Source: Octopus vulgaris
Taxonomy: Eukaryota
DNA length: 64,000 nucleotides
Direction: 5' to 3'
NCBI GenBank assembly: GCA_951406725.2
Contig: OX597835.1
Span: 806,001 to 870,000, forward strand
The position numbers were made by a program, and so were the translations under genes. The notes beneath the pieces were generated by a model. That model saw only the letters and a list, made by a program, of their open reading frames with translations, did no database searches and had not been told where the DNA came from. How positions within the stretch are numbered: position 1 is the stretch's first letter; every line of letters starts with the position of its first letter. Shown here in pieces: positions 13,758-24,152 of this stretch.

Positions 13758-13850
13758 GGAGTTAAACGCAGGTGTTATTCAAATTCTTTTACTTCCGACA
13801 TATGTTTTGAAGATATCACTGGTATTATTCCAAAGGAATAAAATGGTGTC
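13080..13850 (-). mobile_element. Penelope-like element fragment
   Basis: Minus strand LNKLRKDSSIIIKEADKGGAIVIVDKNHY is the PLE DKG motif; pLTR-like sequence at 13770-13850. Confidence 0.8.
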
Positions 13851-14489
13851 CTATGGTCAGCCTTCTCCGCTTTATCCCATGTCTTCCTGGGTTCCCTTTT
13901 CCATAAGTTCCAGCTATGTTAAGCAATTGGCACTTCTTTGTATAGCTGCCCTCATCCATACATATCCATCCCAGTACAGTTTTCTTTCTTGTACACAACA
14001 TCTGATGTCTCCTATACCCACATTTTCATTCAGCAGTTATGTACAAAGTCTTTTATGCACACTCACATTATCTTTACGTTTTATTGAAACTGATTTGCAA
14101 TTCATGCACACACTCACACACACTCACACACACTCACATGTGCACTATTACTTTCATAAGATCTCTGTAAGATTTTTGAAATATTTGTCCAAATGACTGA
14201 AATGTGTGTTATAGAAGAAATTTTGAAGAATAATTGCAGCATGGAAGGTGTTTATAAGCCATTTAAGAAACACACACAAAAAAAAAAAAACGTTAGATTC
14301 ACTTCAACATTTAAATTTAATTTGTCAAAAGATTTTCGTCACTTTGAGACCGCAACCTGTTCACTGACAAAACTCCATGCTGCATCTTAAATGGCTTATA
14401 AGCACCTTCCACGCTGCAATTGTTTTCATTCCAGCACACGATCTCAGATCAGGTCACTTGCTATGCAAGTACATCTCCATAATTTTGAA

Positions 14490-15080
14490 AAACAAGACTC
14501 CGAAGGGAAATAATTATAAATGGTGGTGAATCAACACCGAAATTATCTGATATGCGAAGCTACAGCAAGAAATTCATGAGACAATTTCAAGTTAATTTGC
14601 ATGAAAAGAAAAAATGTTTAACTGGTAGTGCTATGCTTAATAATTTATTCTGTTGGCCATGCTTGTTGTTTTGTTTAGAAAAAAAAAACTGTTTGGAATG
14701 ATAAAGGTTATGATGATTTAAATAATTTATGTATGGCTATGCTAAAACATCTATGTTCTCAAAAGCATATAAAATCCTTGATGGATCTTAAAACATTTGG
14801 GAATGTTCACATAGACTTACAATTAGATGCATGTAAAAGAACAGAGCATACAACATCATAATGAGGAAGTCAGGCGGAACAGACCCATTCTGCAACAATT
14901 GATCGATGTAGTTATTTTTTTAGGTCATCAGGAATTATCATTTCAGGGTCATTTTGAATCTGAAGAATCTAATAATCATGGAAATTATAAAGAATTCTTA
15001 TAGTTAATCAGTAAATATGACAAAAAATTGGCAAGCCATCTAGATACAGCTTCTATCTTCTCCAGTCTCTCACTCGAGCG
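14490..15080 (+). mobile_element. hAT (ZMYM1/DUF4371-type) transposase remnant
   Basis: FCWPCLLF, HNEEVRRNRPILQQLIDVVIF, FQGHFESEESNNHGNYKEFL; frameshifted. Confidence 0.75.
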
Positions 15081-15448
15081 GCCGGTTCTGATACTTACTG
15101 AACTCAATACACTGAAAGACATTGACGCGCACACACACACACACATTGAAACATACACACAAATATTAACACACACACACACATTGAAAGGTGTGTGTGC
15201 GTGTGTTTGTGTATAAATCATTTTATATAAATAATTTTCTTTTATATTCTTTCAAATTTTCTTTCATCGTTAGGGAAGTGTAATTTACATTTCTTCGTTT
15301 TCTCCTTGCATGTTGCAATATTTCACATCTTTGCTACTCCCAACAAATGAAAAAAAATGCTAGGTTTTTGTTTATATATATATATATATATGTATGTATA
15401 TCTATATACACATAGGAAATGGATTGAAAAATGTTTAAAAAGACTTAC

Positions 15449-15577
15449 CTCTTTGACTTGAGCAAAGTAGATTTTGTTATTGAATTTCACACCTTCATCA
15501 TTAGAATTTTGAACATTTATATACAAAAGTGTATTTGTTGTGAAGGGGTCAAGACACTGAACATACCTTCCGCAATC
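15449..15577 (-). CDS. Cadherin-related gene, coding exon 8 (EC2-EC3 linker)
   Basis: ttatttcag|...|gtaagt, phase 0/0. DCGRYVQCLDPFTTNTLLYINVQNSNDEGVKFNNKIYFAQVKE. Confidence 0.92.
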
Positions 15578-15676
15578 CTGAAATAATGCAAAGTATGAGC
15601 AGAGTTTCATTAAGGAAGATGTGTAAAGTAAATAAACATAAACATTTTCATCATCTTGTTTTAGTTTAGGTTTTAA

Positions 15677-15897
15677 CCCTTTCATTACAAACCCGGCCAA
15701 AACTGGCTCTGGCTCTATAGTACAAATGTCTTGTTTTCATAAGTTTTGAATTAAAATCTTCCTCCAAACCTTAGTCACAATTTATGTTCCTAACACTAGC
15801 TGAATGACAACTGAGTTATTTTAATAAATTCTTTGTTATATTTAAAGTAATTGAAAGAAACACAGAGCATCTCAAAATAAATACAGTAATGAAAGGG
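15677..15897. mobile_element. piggyBac-type MITE
   Basis: TTAA on both sides; 12-bp TIRs ccctttcattac / gtaatgaaaggg. Confidence 0.8.
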
Positions 15898-16206
15898 TTA
15901 ATAAGCCCTAGATTGAGAAGACCTATAATCAAATGTATTCAAGTGACGATAACCTAGTCTTTTACTTAAAATGAATCTAAGACTACTTTACTGATTGTGT
16001 CTGTTGTATTTTAAAGAGAAGTGTGTCTGTGTTATACGAGATTTTGCTGTGACCTTAAGCAGTGAAATTATTGCATAGAACAGCCTCTCGTATGTAACCA
16101 GAGACACAAAGGAGAATGCATGATTCACACACACACACACACACACATTAGCAACGACCTCGCTTAAATGTTTTTCATGTGCCAGTAAGACAACACTGGT
16201 AACGAA

Positions 16207-16531
16207 CACGCTCGAATGGTGCTTTTTATGTGCCACCGGCATGGGAGCCAGCCAGCGACCCTGGCAACGATCACGCTCGAATGGTGCTTTTTATGTGCCA
16301 CTGGCATGGGAGCCAGCCAGCGACCCTGGCAACGATCACGCTCGAATGGTGCTTTTTATGTGCCACCGGCATGGGAGCCAGCCAGCGACCCTGGCAACGA
16401 TCACGCTCGAATGGTGCTTTTTATGTGCCACCGGCATGGGAGCCAGCCAGCGACCCTGGCAACGATCACGCTCGAATGGTGCTTTTTATGTGCCACTGGC
16501 ATGGGAGCCAGCCAGCGACCCTGGCAACGAT
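16207..16531. repeat. 65-bp tandem array (5 near-identical copies) within an RTE 3' UTR-type repeat
   Basis: Unit cacgctcgaatggtgctttttatgtgcca...ggcaacgat at a 65-bp period. Confidence 0.9.
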
Positions 16532-16644
16532 CACACTCGGATAGTACTTTTAACGTTCCACTGGCATGGGTGCCAGTCACGCGGTGCTATCATTGGCCAA
16601 GTCAGTGAATTTGATTTTGATATATATACATACATATATATATA

Positions 16645-17052
16645 AGCGCAGGAGTGGCTGTGTGGTAAGTAGCTTGCTAACCAACCTCATGGTTCCGGGT
16701 TCAGTCCCACTGCGTGGCATCATGGGCAAGTGTCTTCTGCTTTAGCCCCGGGCTGACCAATGCCTTGTGAGTGGATTTGGTAGACGGAAACTGAAAGAAG
16801 CCTGTCGTATATATGTATATATATATATGTATGTGTATGTTTGTGTGTCTGTGTTTGTTCCCCTAGCATTGCTTGACAACCGGTGCTGGTGTGTTTACAT
16901 CCCCATCACTTAGCGGTTCGGCAAAAAGAGACCGATAGAATAAGTACTGGGCTTACAAAAAGAATAAGTCCCGGGGTCGAGTTGCTCGACTAAAGGCGGT
17001 GCTCCAGCATGGCCGCAGTCAAATGACTGAAACAAGTAAAAGAGTAAAAGAA
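16645..17052 (+). mobile_element. Full-length tRNA-derived SINE (other copies 43820-44228 +, 34435-34837 -, 48718-49125 -, 39770-40200 -; partials 21276-21430 +, 17805-17965 -, 54540-54740 -)
   Basis: A/B boxes (tggctgtgtgg...ggttcagtccc), central TA/TG microsatellite, tail ...gaaacaagtaaaagagta. Confidence 0.88.
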
Positions 17053-17289
17053 TATATGTATATAATCACACACATACATACACACACACACACACAAATA
17101 TATATACATACATACATATATATATATACATATATATATCAGGTCATTAAGAATGGAATGTCTGATTTTCTTCTGCTCCAAGTTTGAAAGTCGTTAACTC
17201 TAATGTTTTATCCTGACAATTCTTTGTTTTACAACACTGAAGAGTTACCTTTGTGGTCAAAGGGAGACAATCCTTTATTGTTGACAGGG

Positions 17290-17558
17290 CAGTGGTTCTC
17301 AAACTTCTTTGGGCTGCCACCCTCTTCACACCCAAGCTACATTCCTAGCACGCCCACCCCAACTAACCAGACTTTTTTCTGTATTTGACAAATGAAATAT
17401 AACCTATTATTTTGTTGTTTTTATATGAATTGCTACCCCTTTATTGCCCCACTTTTTACATGAATCACTGCCCCATTATCACCCCACTTTTCTTCAATGC
17501 CCCCTTGGAACTTCCACCACCCTCAGAGGGGCAATACCACCCACTTCGGGAACCACTG
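17290..17558. mobile_element. hAT/Charlie-like MITE
   Basis: Imperfect TIRs cagtggttctc / gggaaccactg; no clear 8-bp TSD. Confidence 0.6.
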
Positions 17559-17765
17559 ACATAGAGTAACGAAGCTTTTTCTTTCTCCATGTTATAGAGA
17601 GGCCATAGGCCAACAGATTTTTGGGGTCTGTAAAAATCCTGTAAAGCTAAGCACTTTATGGATATGAAACCCAGAGTAACCCTTTGACCAGCCATATCTA
17701 TCTATATACTCTACTAATCTATAACTTAGAGTGTGCTTCTCTTTTGGATTTATGATTTACTAAAG

Positions 17766-17802
<37 letters not shown>

Positions 17803-18174
17803 TAATGGGCTTCTTTCAGTTTTTGTTTAACAAATTCATTTACAAGGCTTTGTCTAACTCAGTGCTATAGTATAAGGCATTTCCCCAAGGTGATGCACAG
17901 TAGTACTGAACCCAAGACCACATGGTTGGGAAGCAAGCCTCTTAAGCACACAGCCATGATTGCACCTGGTGTCTATAGGTTAAGAATTAGAGGATGCATT
18001 TTCTTCTTCTAATGATGAAGTATGAATACATTGCAAGTCCCTATTGACAGACAGCTTCTGTGTAATCACTAAACCTGCAAGAAATTGCTGCAAAATCTCT
18101 CTCAACTTGTATATCCTACTGTCTTAAAAAGTAAGACACACAGGACAATGTGGATTCACACAACACTATTAAGT

Positions 18175-18638
18175 ATATGTGCCAGTGGCACATAAAAGGC
18201 ACCATTCGAGTGTGATCATTACCAGCATCACCTTACTGGCACTTGTGCCCGTGCTGGTAGGGTGCCAATAGCACCATCCAAGCGTGATCGTTGCCAGAGC
18301 AGCCAACTGGCTCTGTGCCGGTGGCACGTAAAAGGGCACCATTCGAGCGTGATTGTTATTAACGTTGCCTTACTGGCACCTGTGCCGGTGGCATGTGTAA
18401 AAAGATTCGAGCGAGGTCATTGCCAGTACCGCCTGACTGGCCTCGTGTCGGTGGCATGTAAAAAGCACCTACTACACTCTCGGAGTGGTTGGCGTTAGGA
18501 AGGGCATCCAGCTGTAGAAACTCTGCCAGATCAAGATTGGAGCCTGGTGTGGCCATCCGGTTCACCAGCCCTCAGTCAAAATCGTCCAACCCATGCTAGC
18601 ATGGAAAGTGGACATTAAACGATAATGATGATGATGAT
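18175..18638 (+). mobile_element. RTE-LINE 3' end (similar copies 30980-31177, 31390-31710, 47070-47765)
   Basis: gagtggttggcgttaggaagggcatccagctgtagaaac and (ATG)n tail. Confidence 0.75.
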
Positions 18639-19475
18639 CAAATCAACCTAAAAGAATTCATGAAAAATTTCAAGGGGCAGTGAAATTAAGAGCAGAGAGT
18701 GTCTATGTGTTGAGCTTCAGATGTATAAACTTCTTATGGACAACATAAAGAGTTTGAACACATTGGTAAGAATGGCTGATGTTGACACAATAATGAACAA
18801 TGCAAGCTGGCAGTCTGTCTTTTGAGGAAACACCAAAGCTCATAAATGGAGGATAATCTTATAGAATTATCAGCCAATGAGTGACCCTGGATGCAAAACA
18901 TACAGGCTGTATGTAGGCTGTTTATGACTTTTTGTACGATACATACTATAATGCTTATATAAAAAAAAGTAACCTTTTACTAACATTTTGTAACATAATC
19001 TTTAAGTTTGTTAAACTGGAACATTTTCATTTCTTTTCCTCCGTTTTATTTACTCACATTTTGTCGCTGTCAAATATTTATGACCTACCTGATAAACATA
19101 GAGTTTTCTGTACAATGTTTGTTAAGTTATACTTATAGAAGGGTAATCTGTTCTGGGCAATATCTCAGAAGGCCCACTGCCAGAGAAAGCCAATTTCAAT
19201 TGCACTAAGCCATTGTTGACTAGCTAAAAACAACAGCAAATAGCCATCATATTTCATTTTACTATTATAAAGAAGGAAAGATAAACTGGATCATGATATA
19301 ATTCTAGATGCACAAATTTAGAAGAAATATAAAAATATAATTTAAAAAACTGTGATTCATAGCTAGAATTTGTTTGATCATAGACCTAACTGATGAGGTC
19401 TGAACTTCAGTGTCACAACAAAATCAACAACCAAAGAATTTATATTTAGCACTAAATAAAAACAATGTAAAATAC

Positions 19476-19589
19476 CTCAAAAGTTATGTTGATTGTATAC
19501 TTCCTAGTTCCGTTGTCATAATCCAAGAGTTTGTTCAGTTTAATAATTCCGTTTTCATCACTTACAAACATATCGTTTATTTCTGAAGG
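19476..19589 (-). CDS. Cadherin-related gene, coding exon 7 (EC2)
   Basis: tcactcttcag|...|gtattt, phase 0/0. PSEINDMFVSDENGIIKLNKLLDYDNGTRKYTINITFE fits G.I.L...LDYD. Confidence 0.92.
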
Positions 19590-19689
19590 CTGAAGAGTGA
19601 AAATGATAAAGACAATAAGTTTTTAGAACGAGTTGCAAAATAGCCATTGGTGAAAGATTAACAGCTAAAAAGGTAACAACTTCAAGCCA

Positions 19690-20595
19690 TCAACCCATCC
19701 TGAAAGCTAGCAAAGCATCTATCCATCCAATCAGATATCATTTATTTATTTATGCTGTCAACAATCAAACCATCTATCAATTTACCTATCGATCAATCCA
19801 TTCATCAATCCATCCAAAATGTTATCAAACCACCCATCAATCCAACCAACTCTCAAAACATCTACTGATCCTCCCAGCTAAAGCCAACCCTCAATTAAAA
19901 CAGATACCAAATCATCCACCTAACTAACAAGCTATCAAACACCTACCCAACTAGCTGGCAAAACATCCAGCCATTCAACCAGCAAGCTAGCAAAGCAACC
20001 ATCCATTTAACTAGCTATCAAAACAACTGTCTATCTAATCAGCTAGAATATCATTCATCCGTCTAACTAGTTATTGAATAATCTATTCATCTAACCAGCA
20101 AGAAAACTATCCACCCACCCAACTAGCTATAAACTATCCCCCACCCAACCAACTCTCAAACCATCCATCCATCCCTCCACCAATCCAGTTATCCATCAGT
20201 CCATTCATCTGCTCTGCTATTCATCCACACAGCTATCCATCTAACCATTGATCCAATCAAGTACCAAACCATTCATCCATTCACTCCATTCATACAACAA
20301 GTTAGCCAAACCAACCAACCATCCATCCATCCATCCATCCAATCAACTGCTAAACCATCCATTGATCTTACTAGCAATCCAACCATCCATTCATCTAATC
20401 AGCTATCGAACCTTCCATCCAGTCAGCTATGGATGGATCGATGGATCAATGGATAGGCAGACATCTCTCAATCTGCCCTCTCACCCAACAAGGTATTAAA
20501 TCATCTCTGCACCCCTACATCATTTACTGACTCAACTATCCATCCAGTCATCCATATAACCATTCCTTCTTGCATCATCCATTCATCCAACCCAC
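19690..20595. repeat. Degenerate tetranucleotide tract (CCAT/CCAA/CTAG-type) filling most of one intron
   Basis: 4-bp periodicity; C/A-rich plus strand. Confidence 0.8.
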
Positions 20596-20681
20596 GATTC
20601 AGTAAAGAAGTCAGTCACATGTTTGGTAATGTATCACACTGTATAATATATGTAAAAATTGGTTTATATTTAAAAATTTAC

Positions 20682-20789
20682 CTCAATATCTAACTTGTAC
20701 TTGGATTTGGGCAAGGTTGGGGTTGACCATTTATCTTCATCTGTTATATGTTGTGAAATATCGAAGACAGAAAAACCAATTGGTTCTGA
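20682..20789 (-). CDS. Cadherin-related gene, coding exon 6 (EC2)
   Basis: tttctttccag|...|gtaaat, phase 0/0. SEPIGFSVFDISQHITDEDKWSTPTLPKSKYKLDIE has P.G and DxD motifs. Confidence 0.9.
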
Positions 20790-21425
20790 CTGGAAAGAAA
20801 TATTTTTTAAAAATGGGTAAATTTAGAAAACAGGAAAGATGGTAATGGATAACAATATTATACAAACCTGAATCAAAAAGAAAAAAAAAAGATGTCATCT
20901 TTTACAAGTTGAGACACTTAATACAACATAAAACATTGGCGATGAACTAAATATTTTAAAGTTATTTCCCTCTCTGTCTTTATGCTGTGAGTTCAGGTTT
21001 TACTAGTATTGTCTTTGACTTTCATCCATTTGTGGCACTATAAGCACCTGTTGACTAGCATCAGTCTGCTCTTATACAGGCCAACTTTCACCAGTAATAT
21101 ATTACTTTGTATATTTTGTCAAATTATTAAACCATTCGTCTGATAAAGATCAAATAATCTTTTTGATGCAGAATAAATTAACTTGTATGCTTTTTGGTAT
21201 TTTTAAGTAATTTTTTTCACCAACTTGACAAATTTATACCAACAGCTAATTAGTTTGGTATAACAATGCAATAGTGGAGTGGTTGTGTGGTAAGTAGCTT
21301 GCTTGCCAACCACATGGTTCCACATTCAATCCCACTGCGTGGCACCTTGGGCAAGTGTCTTCCACTATAGCCTCGGGTAACCAAAGCCTGGTGAGTGGAT
21401 TTGGGAGATGGAAACTGAAAGAAGC

Positions 21426-21479
<54 letters not shown>

Positions 21480-21480
<1 letters not shown>

Positions 21481-22250
21481 GTTACATTACTCTCAACCCC
21501 AGTTGGGGCAACAATTTTAGCATATTTGAATGATGATAGGTTAAAAGTGAGAACAACTGATGTGACATGTTTGTTATCAAACGATCATGGAAACCTTCTT
21601 TTCAGGTGCTGAACAGCATCTCTCCTTCCCAAGCTCCCTCCCACATCCGTTTCCCAGTTTTTAGAGTTCGCACTGTCAATGTACGCACAGTGAGATTATT
21701 GAGATGCTTGAACGGAAGCATGTTGATGTATGCTGCATCCAAGAGGTAAGGTGGAGAGGCACTTCAGCCATGTTCCTCACAAGCAAGACACATAGGTATA
21801 AGATCTTCTGGGAAGATAACAGTGATGGAGTAGGTGGTGTGGGCATACTTCTTGCAGAGAAATGTGTGGACAAGGTCATAGAGGTGTTTAGAGTGTGTGA
21901 TAGAGTACTTAAGCTGAGGCTAGTCTTGCAGAATAGTATAGTTACAATTATATCTGCCTGCGCCCCACAAGCAGGCCTACCAAACAGAAGGACCACTTTT
22001 ATGACATTCTTCTGCAGGCTACCTTCAAGATGAATGACAATGATCTCATCTTCATGGCTGGGGATTTCAATGGACATGTCAGACAGCAGCCAGGTGTCCT
22101 CCATGGTATACATGGGGGCCATGGAATTGGTTTCCGAAATGAAGAGGGGACAAGGCTACTGGAGTTCAGTGATGCAAATAACCTATTGATCTGCAACACC
22201 AAATTCAGGAAGCCAGCAAGCCACTGATAACCTATCAATCAGTGCCCCAC
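21480..22250 (+). mobile_element. RTE-LINE 5' fragment (APE endonuclease)
   Basis: DVCCIQEVRWRG, GVGGVGILL, AGDFNGHV, RNEEGTRLLEF, ICNTKF. Confidence 0.88.
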
Positions 22251-22254
22251 ATGG

Positions 22255-23200
22255 GATTACAGAAGAATTAGGAGGGCAGAAATTGGAACTGGTGAAGTCA
22301 TAGAAATTCTCCAACAACCACTTATGACTCTTTCTGGAGGTATGATAAGGAGTCAAATCCTTTTGCCATATATATGGCCTTCCAGTAGCAACCTTTTCCA
22401 ATTAGGATTTGACCATAATTCCCTGCAGCTTCACATTGCATCTGAACTGAGCCCAAGGTCTTGTTCAAAGATGTAGGGCAACATGACATCAGCCTTACTG
22501 GACACACGGACACACTAAGATCATTACAATTTGGCAGAACTTGGTTTTCATGGTACATGAGAGAGATCACATAGATTGTTGGCAAGCCACCTGTTGTTCT
22601 GGGTGCTGTGCAACTAGTCCTGGCAAAAGTTCTTTGCATCTAAAGAAGCACCAGGTTATCCCTGACTTAACAGGATGCCTCAGCTTGTTCAGGAGCTTCT
22701 TTGCCCTTGTCAAGTGATTTTTTTTTACCTTGGCTGTCAGAATTTCTCCCTTGCATCCCTTATATGAGTGGTAGTGAAAGTCCTACTTCAGTGCCATCTT
22801 CATCGTGGCAACTCCAACACCCATCTCTCTCATCAAAGCCTGGATTCCCTTGTTCAGATCTTCCATCACCTTGTCCTGCGGTTGTTCGATGGTTTCAGAA
22901 TGCCTATTATATCCCTCCTTGCTGGCCACAGCATCATATTCTCTGTTACAGCTGTCCATGTCATGTCTTACAACCTTTACAGTGTTCACGGAGCACTGAG
23001 CAGCAGTCGTGATGTTGGTATTTTGATGCCCAGCACGGATCACCACGATACCAGTAACACTTTCCCAATATTCAGATGACTTCCAGTCCTCCATGTCAGC
23101 TAACTTTTTCCCAACTACAACTCTTATCTTTATGCTCTCCAATGCTGTTGGCTCTTCACCAATACATCAAGCTGTTCCTGAGAAAAAGGGACATAAAATC
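22255..23200 (-). mobile_element. Tc1/mariner (maT/DD37D-like) transposase remnant
   Basis: GRPYIWQKDLTPYHTSRKSHKWL...CPPNS resembles the QQDSAPAH...WPPNSPD catalytic region; HTH-like N-terminus at 22783-23142. Confidence 0.75.
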
Positions 23201-23747
23201 TCGTCAAATTTAGTCCGAACACACATACACACACACACACACACATACATTCCCACATCTGATTGCACAATGCCTCAGGTGAGCATGCAATATAATGGTA
23301 GGAGTTTAATAGGATTACAATAAGAAATGAAACCTGAATGATTTAACTATTGTATGTTGAGTGCATTCAATTGTATGTATAAATATATAAATAGACATAT
23401 ATATATGTCTCTGTGTGTGTGTGTACATGCATGTGGGTCTGTATGTGTGTGTGTGTGTGCTGATGCGTACACATGTGCAATGTACTTGTGCATTGTTTCT
23501 ACATTTCTATTCACTAAATCTCATTCACACACATCTGTCCAATGTGTGGCTGAAATATGGTGAAACATGGGATCATTTGTTTATGATGTGTGCTTCTTGA
23601 TCTCAGAAACATGATAAAAATACAAAATTTAAAAAAAAAATAACAACAATAAACAAAAATAAAACTTCACCAAATATAGGGAAGGTAGTCCTAAAAAAGG
23701 TAACAATAAAAATTCTTCATGAGAGAAAAATATAGAAATGAACTTAC

Positions 23748-23819
23748 CTCATTAACATTATGAGTGTAGATAGGCTTCTCAAATTTTGGTTTAAAGGTAT
23801 TTTCATACGTAAATGAAAG
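23748..23819 (-). CDS. Cadherin-related gene, coding exon 5 (EC1-EC2 linker)
   Basis: tattttttcag|...|gtaagt, phase 0/0. LSFTYENTFKPKFEKPIYTHNVNE fits xxNxxxPxF...Y...V.E. Confidence 0.9.
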
Positions 23820-24152
23820 CTGAAAAAATACGACTTAGGATAATAAAAAAATTTCATTGGTGCATAATAACATTATTGTTAATGTTGTTTAAATATTAAA
23901 TCAGCCCTGTTTGAGCAGTTTTATGATCAAAGATATTCCAGCCATGACCCATCAGCTTCCTAGACAGTGTTATCTAATATGTCTTTTGTATTTTTTAGTG
24001 GTGTGTGTGTGTGTTTTCTAAGGGTGATAAAGGTGCTATTTCTAGCAGGCTAAGTGACTAAGCAGAAACTTTTTTATTTACTTACAAGATATCATATACA
24101 AATATCAGGTAATACAGAAAACAAATGCTGCAGTACTTTACATCACACTATA

